The position numbers and the translations under genes were made by a program. From the IMG/VR virus record IMGVR_UViG_3300020042_009499, positions 1 to 25,468 of that record: 25,468 nucleotides of DNA, one strand, 5' to 3'. The DNA comes from a virus. Lineage: Duplodnaviria; Caudoviricetes. Shown here piece by piece: positions 1 to 7,775 of this stretch (the first letter of the stretch is position 1; each line of letters opens with the position of its first letter). The notes below the pieces were generated by a model. It made no database searches. It saw only the letters and a program-made list of their open reading frames with translations, and was not told the DNA's origin.

Positions 1-255
1 AGTTTTACTGGCAAAAGCATAGGGTGTGCTAGAAAGTACAGCGAAGCTTACAACAAGCATAAATCGTGGAGATATAAATGGTACTCGCTGCATAATGAGC
101 AAGATCTTCCGTTGATTGATAGAATGATTACATACACTGAAGAGATCGTAAATTCGCAAATGGTATCACTATTTAATGTATCTGTTGAATTAAAGATGTT
201 ACAAAGCTTTGTAGGGCATAAATCTTTAGTGTTGCTATCAAGGCCGGTAAAGTAA
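1..255 (+). CDS. 3' part of hypothetical protein (runs off left edge)
   Basis: Frame 1 is open from base 1 to TAA at 253-255 (SFTGKSIGCARKYSEAY...LLSRPVK*); same strand as all downstream genes; absent from the ORF track. Confidence 0.65.
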   Translation, partial: SFTGKSIGCARKYSEAYNKHKSWRYKWYSLHNEQDLPLIDRMITYTEEIVNSQMVSLFNVSVELKMLQSFVGHKSLVLLSRPVK

Positions 256-264
256 TGTCATACC

Positions 265-272
265 CTATTTAT
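265..272 (+). promoter_or_regulatory. CTATTTAT motif, candidate phage late promoter
   Basis: CCTATTTAT lies 25 nt before the ATG at 298 and recurs at 2515-2523 before the structural gene at 2535; function inferred. Confidence 0.4.
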
Positions 273-297
273 TAGTATATATTATAAATTTATTAGT

Positions 298-738
298 ATG
301 AAATTAAATACAAAAAAAGTGCTAAAAGAAGGTCTTATGGCCGAGTTAGGGATCTTAGCTCAAGAGTCACAAACTTATCAAGAATTTGAGAAGAAATTCA
401 TAGAGGAGTATGGTGAAGGTCAGCCACTGCAATCGGAAGAAAAAAAGCTATTGCAGAAGCTTTTCAGCGAGACAAAAGCTCTAGCAGAAGCTAGAAGAAC
501 TGGGATTTTGGAAGTTGTAAAAGGTTCTGTTGATAAAGAGATTGTAACAATGATATGCGAAGTTGCAAATGATTTTGGAGTAAAAAAAATACCAAATAAG
601 AAGTGGGCAAGTACTGTTGGTTTAGTGCGTTTTATCGTTGAAAGGCTTGATAAAAAAGACAGAGTTAGGTTTGTTAAGATAGTGAAAAACTTACGAGAGG
701 GTATGGGTGTTGAGGAATATATTATTAATATCGATTAA
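298..738 (+). CDS. hypothetical phage protein (charged, helical)
   Basis: 146-aa ORF, Lys/Glu-rich, no recognisable motif. Confidence 0.8.
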   Translation: MKLNTKKVLKEGLMAELGILAQESQTYQEFEKKFIEEYGEGQPLQSEEKKLLQKLFSETKALAEARRTGILEVVKGSVDKEIVTMICEVANDFGVKKIPNKKWASTVGLVRFIVERLDKKDRVRFVKIVKNLREGMGVEEYIINID

Positions 739-741
739 CTG

Positions 742-770
742 TTGTTTTATTGTTAAATAAGTTGTATATT
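742..770 (+). promoter_or_regulatory. candidate early promoter TTGTTT-N17-TATATT
   Basis: Sigma70-like spacing; aligns with elements at 5144 and 5929; TATATTTA also resembles the Bacteroidota -7 box. Confidence 0.55.
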
Positions 771-796
771 TAAGTATTAATTAAAAAAAGAAAGTT

Positions 797-1027
797 ATGA
801 TGCAAAATGTTAGAAAGGGTATTGAAGGTGCTAGTGCGATTTTCGCAGTGCTATTTGTAGGTGTAGTTGCCATGAGTTATATTATCCAATTTATGGTTCA
901 ATCATTATCAATGATGATTATGGATCCGTTTAACTTTGTACGCTATGCACTTATTAGTGCGTTTGTTTTTTACGGTTTATATCATGCCTATACTTGGCTT
1001 TTTAATGATGATCAATACAAGAAATAA
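797..1027 (+). CDS. small membrane protein (2 TM)
   Basis: 76 aa with two hydrophobic stretches (ASAIFAVLFVGVVAMSYII; YALISAFVFYGLYHAYTWLF). Confidence 0.75.
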   Translation: MMQNVRKGIEGASAIFAVLFVGVVAMSYIIQFMVQSLSMMIMDPFNFVRYALISAFVFYGLYHAYTWLFNDDQYKK

Positions 1028-1086
1028 ACCTGCTTTTACTTTTTAGTAGATAGTTATAATCAATACAAACTGATTATAAAACACCA

Positions 1087-1761
1087 TTGGATTTTTCAAA
1101 AATTAAACAAGTACCACTTAAAGAATCTCAATTTATAAAAGAGATTACTACAAAGAACCAAGTAGTATTACATCATACTGCTGGGAACTCATCGGGTGTA
1201 AGTACAATTCAAATGTGGGATAATGATGATCGTGGTCGTATTGCTACCTGCGTAACAATATCAGGAAAAGGCACTTCTACTAACACATACGATGGTGAAA
1301 TTTGTCAAGCTTTTTCTTCAAAATATTGGGCTTATCATTTAGGAATTAAGCCAGATGTTTTTAAGGCTAAAGGTCTTCCTTATCAAAGATTAGACAAGAC
1401 AACTATAGGTATTGAGATATGTAGCTGGGGTCCTTTAACCAAGACTAATGATAAGTTTTATAACTACGTAAACAGAGAAGTACCTGCTGATCAGGTAACA
1501 GAGCTTCAGACACCATATAAAGGGTATAAGTATTATCACAGATATACTGATGCTCAGATTGAATCAACTAAAAGTCTATTACTATACTGGAATCGTATTT
1601 ATAATATTGATTTGAAGTACAACGAGCAAGATATGTGGGCTGTATCAACACAAGCACTAAAAGGTGTAAATGGAATATACACACACAACTCTTATCGTAA
1701 GGATAAGTCAGATATCCACCCATGTCCTCGTATGATTTTAATGTTAAAAAGTTTATTATAA
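1087..1761 (+). CDS. N-acetylmuramoyl-L-alanine amidase (Amidase_2-type) endolysin
   Basis: VVLHHTAG, WAYHLG, TIGIEIC, YTDAQIES and THNSYRKDKSDIHPCP Zn-amidase motifs; TTG start; followed by holin-like genes. Confidence 0.88.
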   Translation: MDFSKIKQVPLKESQFIKEITTKNQVVLHHTAGNSSGVSTIQMWDNDDRGRIATCVTISGKGTSTNTYDGEICQAFSSKYWAYHLGIKPDVFKAKGLPYQRLDKTTIGIEICSWGPLTKTNDKFYNYVNREVPADQVTELQTPYKGYKYYHRYTDAQIESTKSLLLYWNRIYNIDLKYNEQDMWAVSTQALKGVNGIYTHNSYRKDKSDIHPCPRMILMLKSLL

Positions 1762-2178
1762 ATGAAAACAACGTTAGCAATCACATTATCAATATCCACA
1801 ATGCTGTCCTTTTTTTGTACGTATTTTTTAAAAATAACAATGTCAAACGCAGAGCAATACATAGCTTTATTAGCTGTCGTATTCATAGACGGATTCTTTG
1901 GCATTATTGCAGGAATCAGACGTGAAGGCTTCCAAACACGCAAAGCTTTAAAAGTAATTAGAACAGCTGTTGTATGGCTTGTTCTATTAACAACTATACT
2001 AGTAATCGAACAAGGATTTAAAGGTACTAGCTGGCTTAGTGAAACTATATTAGTGCCGTTTATAGTATTTCAACTAATAAGCGCATTAAAAAATGCATCG
2101 ATGATTGGATGGATTAAAGCTGATATTCTAAATATTATTTTAGATAAAATTGATAATCATAAAGGATTACGAAAATGA
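1762..2178 (+). CDS. phage holin family protein (Phage_holin_4-like)
   Basis: Several TM segments, D-x-F-x-G-I-x-A-G motif, 'ISALKNASMIG' C-terminal motif; abuts the endolysin. Confidence 0.75.
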   Translation: MKTTLAITLSISTMLSFFCTYFLKITMSNAEQYIALLAVVFIDGFFGIIAGIRREGFQTRKALKVIRTAVVWLVLLTTILVIEQGFKGTSWLSETILVPFIVFQLISALKNASMIGWIKADILNIILDKIDNHKGLRK

Positions 2179-2432
2179 AACGCATAGGTACTTGGTTTGT
2201 TGGACTTCTAAATGATGAAAAAGGTAATCCATCTTCTAAAAGGTTTGTAGGCATTGTTGCAGGTATATCGTTGTGTATTGTGTTATTTATTAGCAGCTTT
2301 TCTGATGGAAAAGGTGAGCCATCTGAAGCGCTCATAGATGCAGTTGCTTTACTTGCTTTTAGTTGTCTAGGGTTAGCTTCCGTTGATAAAATATGGAGTA
2401 AGCAAAGACCAAAAGATAATAATGAAATATAG
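2175..2432 (+). CDS. small 2-TM holin-like protein
   Basis: GNPSSKR motif before TM1, two TM helices, basic C-terminus; ATGA overlap with upstream holin. Confidence 0.65.
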   Translation: MKRIGTWFVGLLNDEKGNPSSKRFVGIVAGISLCIVLFISSFSDGKGEPSEALIDAVALLAFSCLGLASVDKIWSKQRPKDNNEI

Positions 2433-2515
2433 CATTTGTTACAGTAAGACTGGTGTAATACGTAAGCTAATACAACATCCAACCACTTTATAATAGTATT
2501 TTTAATTTTTGTTAC

Positions 2516-2523
2516 CTATTTAT
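2516..2523 (+). promoter_or_regulatory. CTATTTAT motif, candidate phage late promoter
   Basis: Second copy of the motif at 265, 11 nt before the ATG at 2535. Confidence 0.4.
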
Positions 2524-2534
2524 AACAAAACACA

Positions 2535-3146
2535 ATGGCATTTATCCCTAAATCTGGAATCACCACAGGCGGTACAATACAAGCATCGCATGTTGTTAAT
2601 ATTATAGAATCGCTAGATGGTACTGGTAGCTATCAAATTACTGCGACTGGATCTTTTTCTGGATCTTTTGTAGGAAATGGAGCTGGAATAACTGGTGTAA
2701 CGGGAGAGTGGGATGGAACCCTCAACGGAAATGCTCAGATAACAGGATCATTAATTGTTACTGCAGCAGTATCAGCTTCTAGCTTTAGTGGTAGCTTTAG
2801 TGGTAGTGGTGTAAATGTGTTTGGGATTATTTCATCAAGCTTTGCAACAAGTGCATCACTAGCTCAAACAGCTTCATTTGTAAGTCCAACATTTATTTCA
2901 GCTTCAGCAGCAGCGTCTGGATTTGGTGCAGGTGGTGTTGCTTTTCCATTCAGCGGATCAGCACGAATCACTGGATCACTTAATGTGACTGGATCAATTA
3001 CAGTATTAAATGGTGCATATACAAACTATACAACACAATCAGTACCATTAACTATCCAAACTGGATATAATGCTCTACTAGTTGGACCTTTATTCAACTC
3101 TAGCAGTATAACAATTCAAGCTGGAGCGAGATTAGTAATTTTATAA
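2535..3146 (+). CDS. Ser/Gly-rich virion fibre/structural protein
   Basis: GSFSGSF, ITGSL and SASLAQTASF motifs typical of phage fibre shafts; directly upstream of the repeat fibre. Confidence 0.7.
   Translation: MAFIPKSGITTGGTIQASHVVNIIESLDGTGSYQITATGSFSGSFVGNGAGITGVTGEWDGTLNGNAQITGSLIVTAAVSASSFSGSFSGSGVNVFGIISSSFATSASLAQTASFVSPTFISASAAASGFGAGGVAFPFSGSARITGSLNVTGSITVLNGAYTNYTTQSVPLTIQTGYNALLVGPLFNSSSITIQAGARLVIL
2781..2804 (+). repeat. perfect 12-bp tandem duplication AGCTTTAGTGGT x2 (SFSG SFSG)
   Basis: Read directly at 2781-2792 and 2793-2804. Confidence 0.85.
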
Positions 3147-3155
3147 AAAAACAAC

Positions 3156-5108
3156 ATGAGTACATTAAGCGTTAATATAATTAATAAGATATCTGGTGAG
3201 TCGATAAGTATCTCGTCAAGTGTAGTACAAGGAGTTGGACTTATTGCATGCGGTAGTTTTTCACACGCTCAAGGTGTTAATACACAAGCAGGTGATGATT
3301 TTGGTTCTGGTTTAGTTGGAAACTATTCACACGCGGAAGGTAGTGGCTCTATTACTTATGGTGATTTTTCTCATGCTGAAGGCAAGAGTACAATAGCGAC
3401 TGGAGAAGCTGCGCATGCAGAAGGTCGAAGTACATCAGCGTATGCAAATTTTTCTCACGCAGAGGGTACCGGCACAACTGCCACTGGATTATACTCACAT
3501 ACAGAAGGTCAGAATACTAGTGCTGCAGGAACTAACTCGCATGCAGAGGGTGATACTACATCTGCAATAGGACAAGGTTCGCATGCAGAGGGCAGTCAAA
3601 CAACTACAAATGGACTGTATTCTCATGCAGAGGGCAATTTTACTATAGCAAATGGATACTATTCACACGCTGAAGGTAATACCACCGTTACAAATGGTGC
3701 CATGGCACATGCAGAGGGCACTCAAACAAATGCAAATGGACTGTATTCTCATGCAGAGGGTAGTTCTGCTATAGCACATGGAACTGCTTCCCATGCAGAA
3801 GGATTAAGTGCAATTGCATCGGGAAGCTATTCTCACGCTGAAGGTAGTGGTACAACTGCATTGGGAAGCTATTCACATACAGAAGGTGATAATACAATTG
3901 CAAGGGGAGATAATTCACATGCAGAAGGTGAAAATACGCTTGCAACCGGACCCTCTTCCCACGCAGAAGGTGCTTTTGTAATTGCATTAGGAACTGGTTC
4001 ACATGCAGAAGGCTATATCACAACTGCATCGGGAAGCTATTCACATGCAGAAGGTAATACTACAATTGCACGTGGAAGCTATTCACACGCAGAAGGTAAT
4101 GGTTCGATTGCAATTGGAAGTTACTCACACGCAGAGGGTTACTATACATCAGCAAGCGGAGACTACTCCAATGCTCAAGGAGAGACTACTAAAGCACTGG
4201 GATATATTTCACATGCAGAAGGATTTAATACAATTGCATCTCAACAAGGTTCTCACGCTGAAGGCGAGAGGACAGTAACAAGTGGATACTACTCACACGC
4301 AGAGGGTTACTATACATCAGCAAGCGGAGACTACTCCCATGCAGAAGGTGTTTTTGCAATTGCAGCTGGATTATCTTCACACGCAGAGGGTCAAGGAACA
4401 ATAGCCTCAGAAAGCTATTCACATGCAGAGGGTCTTAGTACAATAGCATCAGGACAAGGTTCGCATGCAGAGGGTCAGTCAACAATAACATCAGGAAGCA
4501 ACTCACATGCAGAGGGTCAAGGAACAACAGCCATAGCACCAGCCTCCCATGCAGAAGGTGGTAATACAATTACAGGATATCCCGGCACTGCAGTCGCATT
4601 TGCTTCACATACTGAAGGATTTGGTACGAATACACTCGGTAACTATTCACACGCAGAGGGTTTCCAAACAACAGCAAGTGGAATTGCTTCACACACAGAA
4701 GGTAATCAAACAACAACAATTGGAGGCTATTCCCATGCAGAAGGCACTTACACGACAGCATCAGGAATCTACTCACACGCCGAAGGTAGTGGATCTATAG
4801 CATTAGGAATAGCGTCTCACGCAGAAGGTAGTAACACAATAGCATCTGGATCATATCAGCACGTAGAAGGTCAATTTAATACACATGGAGACAATACTTC
4901 ATTACTGATTGTAGGAAACGGAACAGCATTAGCTCGTAAAGATGCATTTAAAGTTAGAATGTCCGGTTCAATTGTATTACCAACCACTCAATCAGTAACT
5001 CCTGCTTGGACTGGAGTTGATGGCGAAATGGTATTTGCAACAGTAGCAAGTAGCCATTTCTTTTATGTATGGATGTCAGGAGCATGGAAGTCTGGATCAT
5101 TGCAGTAA
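3156..5108 (+). CDS. fibre/adhesin with YadA-head-like 14-aa repeats
   Basis: 650 aa; SHAEG repeats, neck-like 'LLIVGNGTALARKDAFKV' and a small C-terminal beta domain ending 'FYVWMSGAWKSGSLQ'; no signal peptide or beta-barrel anchor. Confidence 0.85.
   Translation: MSTLSVNIINKISGESISISSSVVQGVGLIACGSFSHAQGVNTQAGDDFGSGLVGNYSHAEGSGSITYGDFSHAEGKSTIATGEAAHAEGRSTSAYANFSHAEGTGTTATGLYSHTEGQNTSAAGTNSHAEGDTTSAIGQGSHAEGSQTTTNGLYSHAEGNFTIANGYYSHAEGNTTVTNGAMAHAEGTQTNANGLYSHAEGSSAIAHGTASHAEGLSAIASGSYSHAEGSGTTALGSYSHTEGDNTIARGDNSHAEGENTLATGPSSHAEGAFVIALGTGSHAEGYITTASGSYSHAEGNTTIARGSYSHAEGNGSIAIGSYSHAEGYYTSASGDYSNAQGETTKALGYISHAEGFNTIASQQGSHAEGERTVTSGYYSHAEGYYTSASGDYSHAEGVFAIAAGLSSHAEGQGTIASESYSHAEGLSTIASGQGSHAEGQSTITSGSNSHAEGQGTTAIAPASHAEGGNTITGYPGTAVAFASHTEGFGTNTLGNYSHAEGFQTTASGIASHTEGNQTTTIGGYSHAEGTYTTASGIYSHAEGSGSIALGIASHAEGSNTIASGSYQHVEGQFNTHGDNTSLLIVGNGTALARKDAFKVRMSGSIVLPTTQSVTPAWTGVDGEMVFATVASSHFFYVWMSGAWKSGSLQ
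3258..4872 (+). repeat. coding tandem repeat, 42-bp unit, 38 copies (A-x-G-x-x-S-H-A-E-G-x-x-T-x)
   Basis: Counted from the translation; strict 42-nt period from 3327 to 4545 and from 4605 to 4857, with two longer spacers. Confidence 0.93.
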
Positions 5109-5143
5109 TAGAATTAATTTTATAAATAAATTATAGTATACTG

Positions 5144-5172
5144 TTGACTTTCTGGTTAAAAATCCGTATAAT
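5144..5172 (+). promoter_or_regulatory. near-consensus promoter TTGACT-N17-TATAAT
   Basis: TTGACT 5144-5149, TATAAT 5167-5172, AT-rich upstream tract; precedes the gene at 5204. Confidence 0.75.
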
Positions 5173-5203
5173 ATAGTATATTAACATTATAAAATAAACT
5201 AAT

Positions 5204-5500
5204 ATGTTTTCAACAATTTTACTATTTACAATTACAATGTCATCCATTGTTTTATCCTATTACACTTACAAGTACTATTACAAAGTAAAAGAATTAGAAT
5301 TAAAACTAAAGATTACTAAAGATTACGCAAACAAAAAAGCAATTGAAACTTTCGATGCTAAAACTGCAGCGTTTAATAAGCAAGCAGCTAAAAAAGCTGT
5401 AATTCAAGCTAAGGTAGAAACTACAGTGCAAGAGTCTATTGAACCAGTAGCAAAAAAGAGCAGAAGAAGAAAGAAGAAAGTTAACAATACGCAGCCATGA
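5204..5500 (+). CDS. membrane-anchored protein with basic C-terminal tail
   Basis: N-terminal TM helix, coiled-coil, C-terminal KKSRRRKKK. Confidence 0.75.
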   Translation: MFSTILLFTITMSSIVLSYYTYKYYYKVKELELKLKITKDYANKKAIETFDAKTAAFNKQAAKKAVIQAKVETTVQESIEPVAKKSRRRKKKVNNTQP

Positions 5501-5931
5501 AATGTTTTGCAGGCTTAGTTGGTAATTACTTTCTTAAAAAAGCAAGTAAAGAATTACAGTTAGCTCAGACAACAATATTACGTGGAAACAGTGCTAGTTC
5601 AATTGAACCACTAACTCCAGTTAGTTGGTTATTTTCACATAAAGAAAAGCGACGTCAATTCAAAGCAATATGGGATCTTTTCGAAATGGATCAATGTATC
5701 TACGAAGATGAAGATTTTTTATGTAAAGATTCAATTAGCATAGTAGAAGATGATAATATAGCAATTTTATGTTCAACTAATAAAAAACTAGTCAATCAGA
5801 ACATATCTTATTATTATCAAGTTCACGGTGACTGGTGTTATTACAGAACAAAAAAACGCATAGATAATCTGTTTGTTTACATTGCAATCATGTGGAGAGC
5901 TTTTCCAAGCTCTCCTTTTTCATTAAATTAG
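5497..5931 (+). CDS. hypothetical protein
   Basis: 144-aa ORF with ATGA overlap to the upstream gene. Confidence 0.7.
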   Translation: MKCFAGLVGNYFLKKASKELQLAQTTILRGNSASSIEPLTPVSWLFSHKEKRRQFKAIWDLFEMDQCIYEDEDFLCKDSISIVEDDNIAILCSTNKKLVNQNISYYYQVHGDWCYYRTKKRIDNLFVYIAIMWRAFPSSPFSLN

Positions 5932-5957
5932 GATTTTAGGTAAAAAAGTTGTATAGT
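5929..5957 (+). promoter_or_regulatory. candidate early promoter TAGGAT-N17-TATAGT
   Basis: Shares AAGTTGTATA with the promoter at 742-770 in the same register; 8 nt before the ATG at 5966. Confidence 0.45.
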
Positions 5958-5965
5958 TACACTAT

Positions 5966-6403
5966 ATGAGTACTATAAGAAAACAAATCGAAATGCACAC
6001 AATAGAGTGCAAGAGCTGTGGTGCTGAAAAAGTAGCACCTACCAAAGTCACAGGCTATACATGCGCTGATTGCGTTATAGAATTATGGGATCCTGCAGAC
6101 GCTCCTAAAGCAAAAAAGTCAGTAGGATATCCCCCAGGCTGGAAGTTTATGAAGCAGTTTGTTCATGAGCGAGGATCCGTGTACTTTAAAGGAGTAGAGC
6201 AAGTAAGTCTATTTGGAACACTACCAGCTACGCCTTTGAAAGTTAAGCAAAAAGATACTAGATCAAAAGCACAAAAAGCTGCAGACAAGCAAGAAATACT
6301 AGTGCAAATTAGCACACTACGAAAGCAAGTCAAAAAAGAAGTACGTACAACGTACCGTCGCAAATTAGAAGTTCAACTTAAAAAATTAGAGAAACAGTTA
6401 TGA
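5966..6403 (+). CDS. zinc-ribbon protein with basic coiled-coil C-terminus
   Basis: CKSC...CADC pairs; GWKFMKQFV motif; Lys/Arg-rich end. Confidence 0.75.
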   Translation: MSTIRKQIEMHTIECKSCGAEKVAPTKVTGYTCADCVIELWDPADAPKAKKSVGYPPGWKFMKQFVHERGSVYFKGVEQVSLFGTLPATPLKVKQKDTRSKAQKAADKQEILVQISTLRKQVKKEVRTTYRRKLEVQLKKLEKQL

Positions 6404-6873
6404 ATTACACAGCCGAAGAGTTATTAGAAAATTTCAATCAATTTATCAATAAAATTGAAACCAACATTAAAGGAGAGCGAGCAAAGCAACTAATCCAACT
6501 CCACATGGATCACCAAGAACGAATTATGCTAATGCCAGCTAGTGGTAACATTAACTATCATAACTGCTTTATTGGTGGTTATGTTGATCACGTTATTCGT
6601 GTAGTTGATTGTGCAATAAGAACACATGAAGTATGGAAGGATATGGGAGCTACTATAAATTATACAGTAGAGGAGTTAGTGTTTGCTGCAATTTGTCATG
6701 ATTTAGGAAAGATAGGTACAGAGCAAGCAGAGCAGTATGTGCACAATCCATCTGATTGGCATAGAAAAAACCAAGGTAAGCTATACACAAATAATCCAGT
6801 AAATTGCTTTATGACTGTCCCAGATCGAAGTTTAAAATTACTAGCTGAGACTCTGTCGTTTCATTCCTATTAG
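6400..6873 (+). CDS. HD-domain phosphohydrolase, apparently 3'-truncated at the junction
   Basis: YHNCFIGGYVDHV and AAICHDLGKIG motifs; ends shortly after VPDRSLKLLAE without the distal His/Asp of the HD fold; the last residues are read from the antisense of the KilA-N gene. Confidence 0.8.
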   Translation: MNYTAEELLENFNQFINKIETNIKGERAKQLIQLHMDHQERIMLMPASGNINYHNCFIGGYVDHVIRVVDCAIRTHEVWKDMGATINYTVEELVFAAICHDLGKIGTEQAEQYVHNPSDWHRKNQGKLYTNNPVNCFMTVPDRSLKLLAETLSFHSY

Positions 6874-7336
6874 AAATCCCAGACAATTCTTTTAAGATGT
6901 TGGCTTCTTGGATATAATGAAAGAATGCTGTTTCTTTTTGAAGAACATTTCTTTGGTTCATTAGAGCCTCGCACATTTCTTTGTAATAGTCTCCGGCTTG
7001 GTTTCTAGTTTTAATTAGGCCATCATAAACCCACGAAAGAACCTGAACCTTGAATTCAATACTTAACCACATAGCAAAGTCAATGAACACGTACGGATGC
7101 ATCCAAGTGCCTTTTAAAGAAGAAATAATAGGTTTTTTGGGAGTAAATTCTGTTGAAAGAAGATATTCAGATAGCTCTTTTGTTGATTTTAGCTTTTTGA
7201 AATCTTCCATTTTCTTTGGCGACAAAGAAGCCGAATTGTAATAGTTAAGCAACTCGGTAGCATTAAAGTAACCGTCATCACTACGCTGAAATCTATGCGG
7301 GGAATCTATTGGGTTTAAAATTACTCTTGTTTCCAT
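6809..7336 (-). CDS. KilA-N domain DNA-binding protein, C-terminus probably truncated
   Basis: QRSDDGYFNATELL and GTWMHPYVFIDFAMWLS KilA-N signatures. Confidence 0.9.
   Translation of the reverse strand: METRVILNPIDSPHRFQRSDDGYFNATELLNYYNSASLSPKKMEDFKKLKSTKELSEYLLSTEFTPKKPIISSLKGTWMHPYVFIDFAMWLSIEFKVQVLSWVYDGLIKTRNQAGDYYKEMCEALMNQRNVLQKETAFFHYIQEANILKELSGISNRNETTESQLVILNFDLGQS
6830..6853. other. junction between two different phage segments
   Basis: Strand switch; convergent ORFs overlap by 65 nt; both appear cut; TAGCTGAG reads sensibly in both (LAE on +, SQL on -). Confidence 0.7.
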
Positions 7337-7359
7337 TCATTATTATTTTTATCGTTATA

Positions 7360-7390
7360 CAAATATAATATACTATACATTACTATACAA
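7360..7390 (-). promoter_or_regulatory. Bacteroidota sigmaA promoter TTG-N20-TATATTTG with tandem 9-bp repeats in the spacer
   Basis: On +: CAAATATA 7360-7367, CAA 7388-7390, TACTATACA at 7371 and 7381; upstream of the KilA-N ATG. Confidence 0.7.
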
Positions 7391-7483
7391 TATTTTTCTT
7401 GGTTATTCATAAAAATAATGGATTTTGTGTATAAATCAATAATAATTATTTAAATACATAGCGGAATTTTGTAAAAGATAGTA

Positions 7484-7765
7484 TTAAAATGGTAAATCTT
7501 CACTTTCTGGCATTTCAGCCAGTTTCTTTTCGGCATCTAGCACTACCTTATAAAGGTGATCGGTCTTGTTAGACAAAATAGATTCTAGCCTTTGTCTTTC
7601 AGTTTTAAGTCCTATACCAAATTGACTTTCTACAAACTGCTTGGCAAGATTAAGAACATCTTGCGCTTTCTCGCCTTCTGAAACTTCAAGCGTCACACCT
7701 ATTTTAGTGTTGTTGTAATTTCCTCCTGTTACTAACTTTTCAAATGTTACTGTTAATGCTTTCAT
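7484..7765 (-). CDS. small hypothetical protein with SSB-like C-terminal tail
   Basis: 93 aa; GNYNNTKIGVTLEV motif; ends ESEDLPF. Confidence 0.8.
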   Translation of the reverse strand: MKALTVTFEKLVTGGNYNNTKIGVTLEVSEGEKAQDVLNLAKQFVESQFGIGLKTERQRLESILSNKTDHLYKVVLDAEKKLAEMPESEDLPF

Positions 7766-7775
7766 GGATGTGTTG

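Noticed and set aside
2433-2534. Possible tRNA/ncRNA in the gap after the holins
   Set aside because: Only a weak imperfect hairpin; no cloverleaf or T-loop motif
3769-4800. Short alternative-frame ORFs (3769, 4003, 4225, 4549, 4570)
   Set aside because: Shadows of the repeat gene's codon pattern
3258-4872. Regular 42-bp periodicity resembling a CRISPR array
   Set aside because: Repeats are in-frame, vary at synonymous positions and lie within a 650-aa ORF; no cas genes
1-6873. Stop-codon reassignment, as seen in some large or crAss-like phages
   Set aside because: Genes are intact and densely packed under the standard code; TAA, TAG and TGA all end genes at sensible positions
6830-6873. 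attL/attR site of an integrated prophage
   Set aside because: No integrase nearby, no second copy of the core noticed in the window, and the incoming side also appears cut mid-gene
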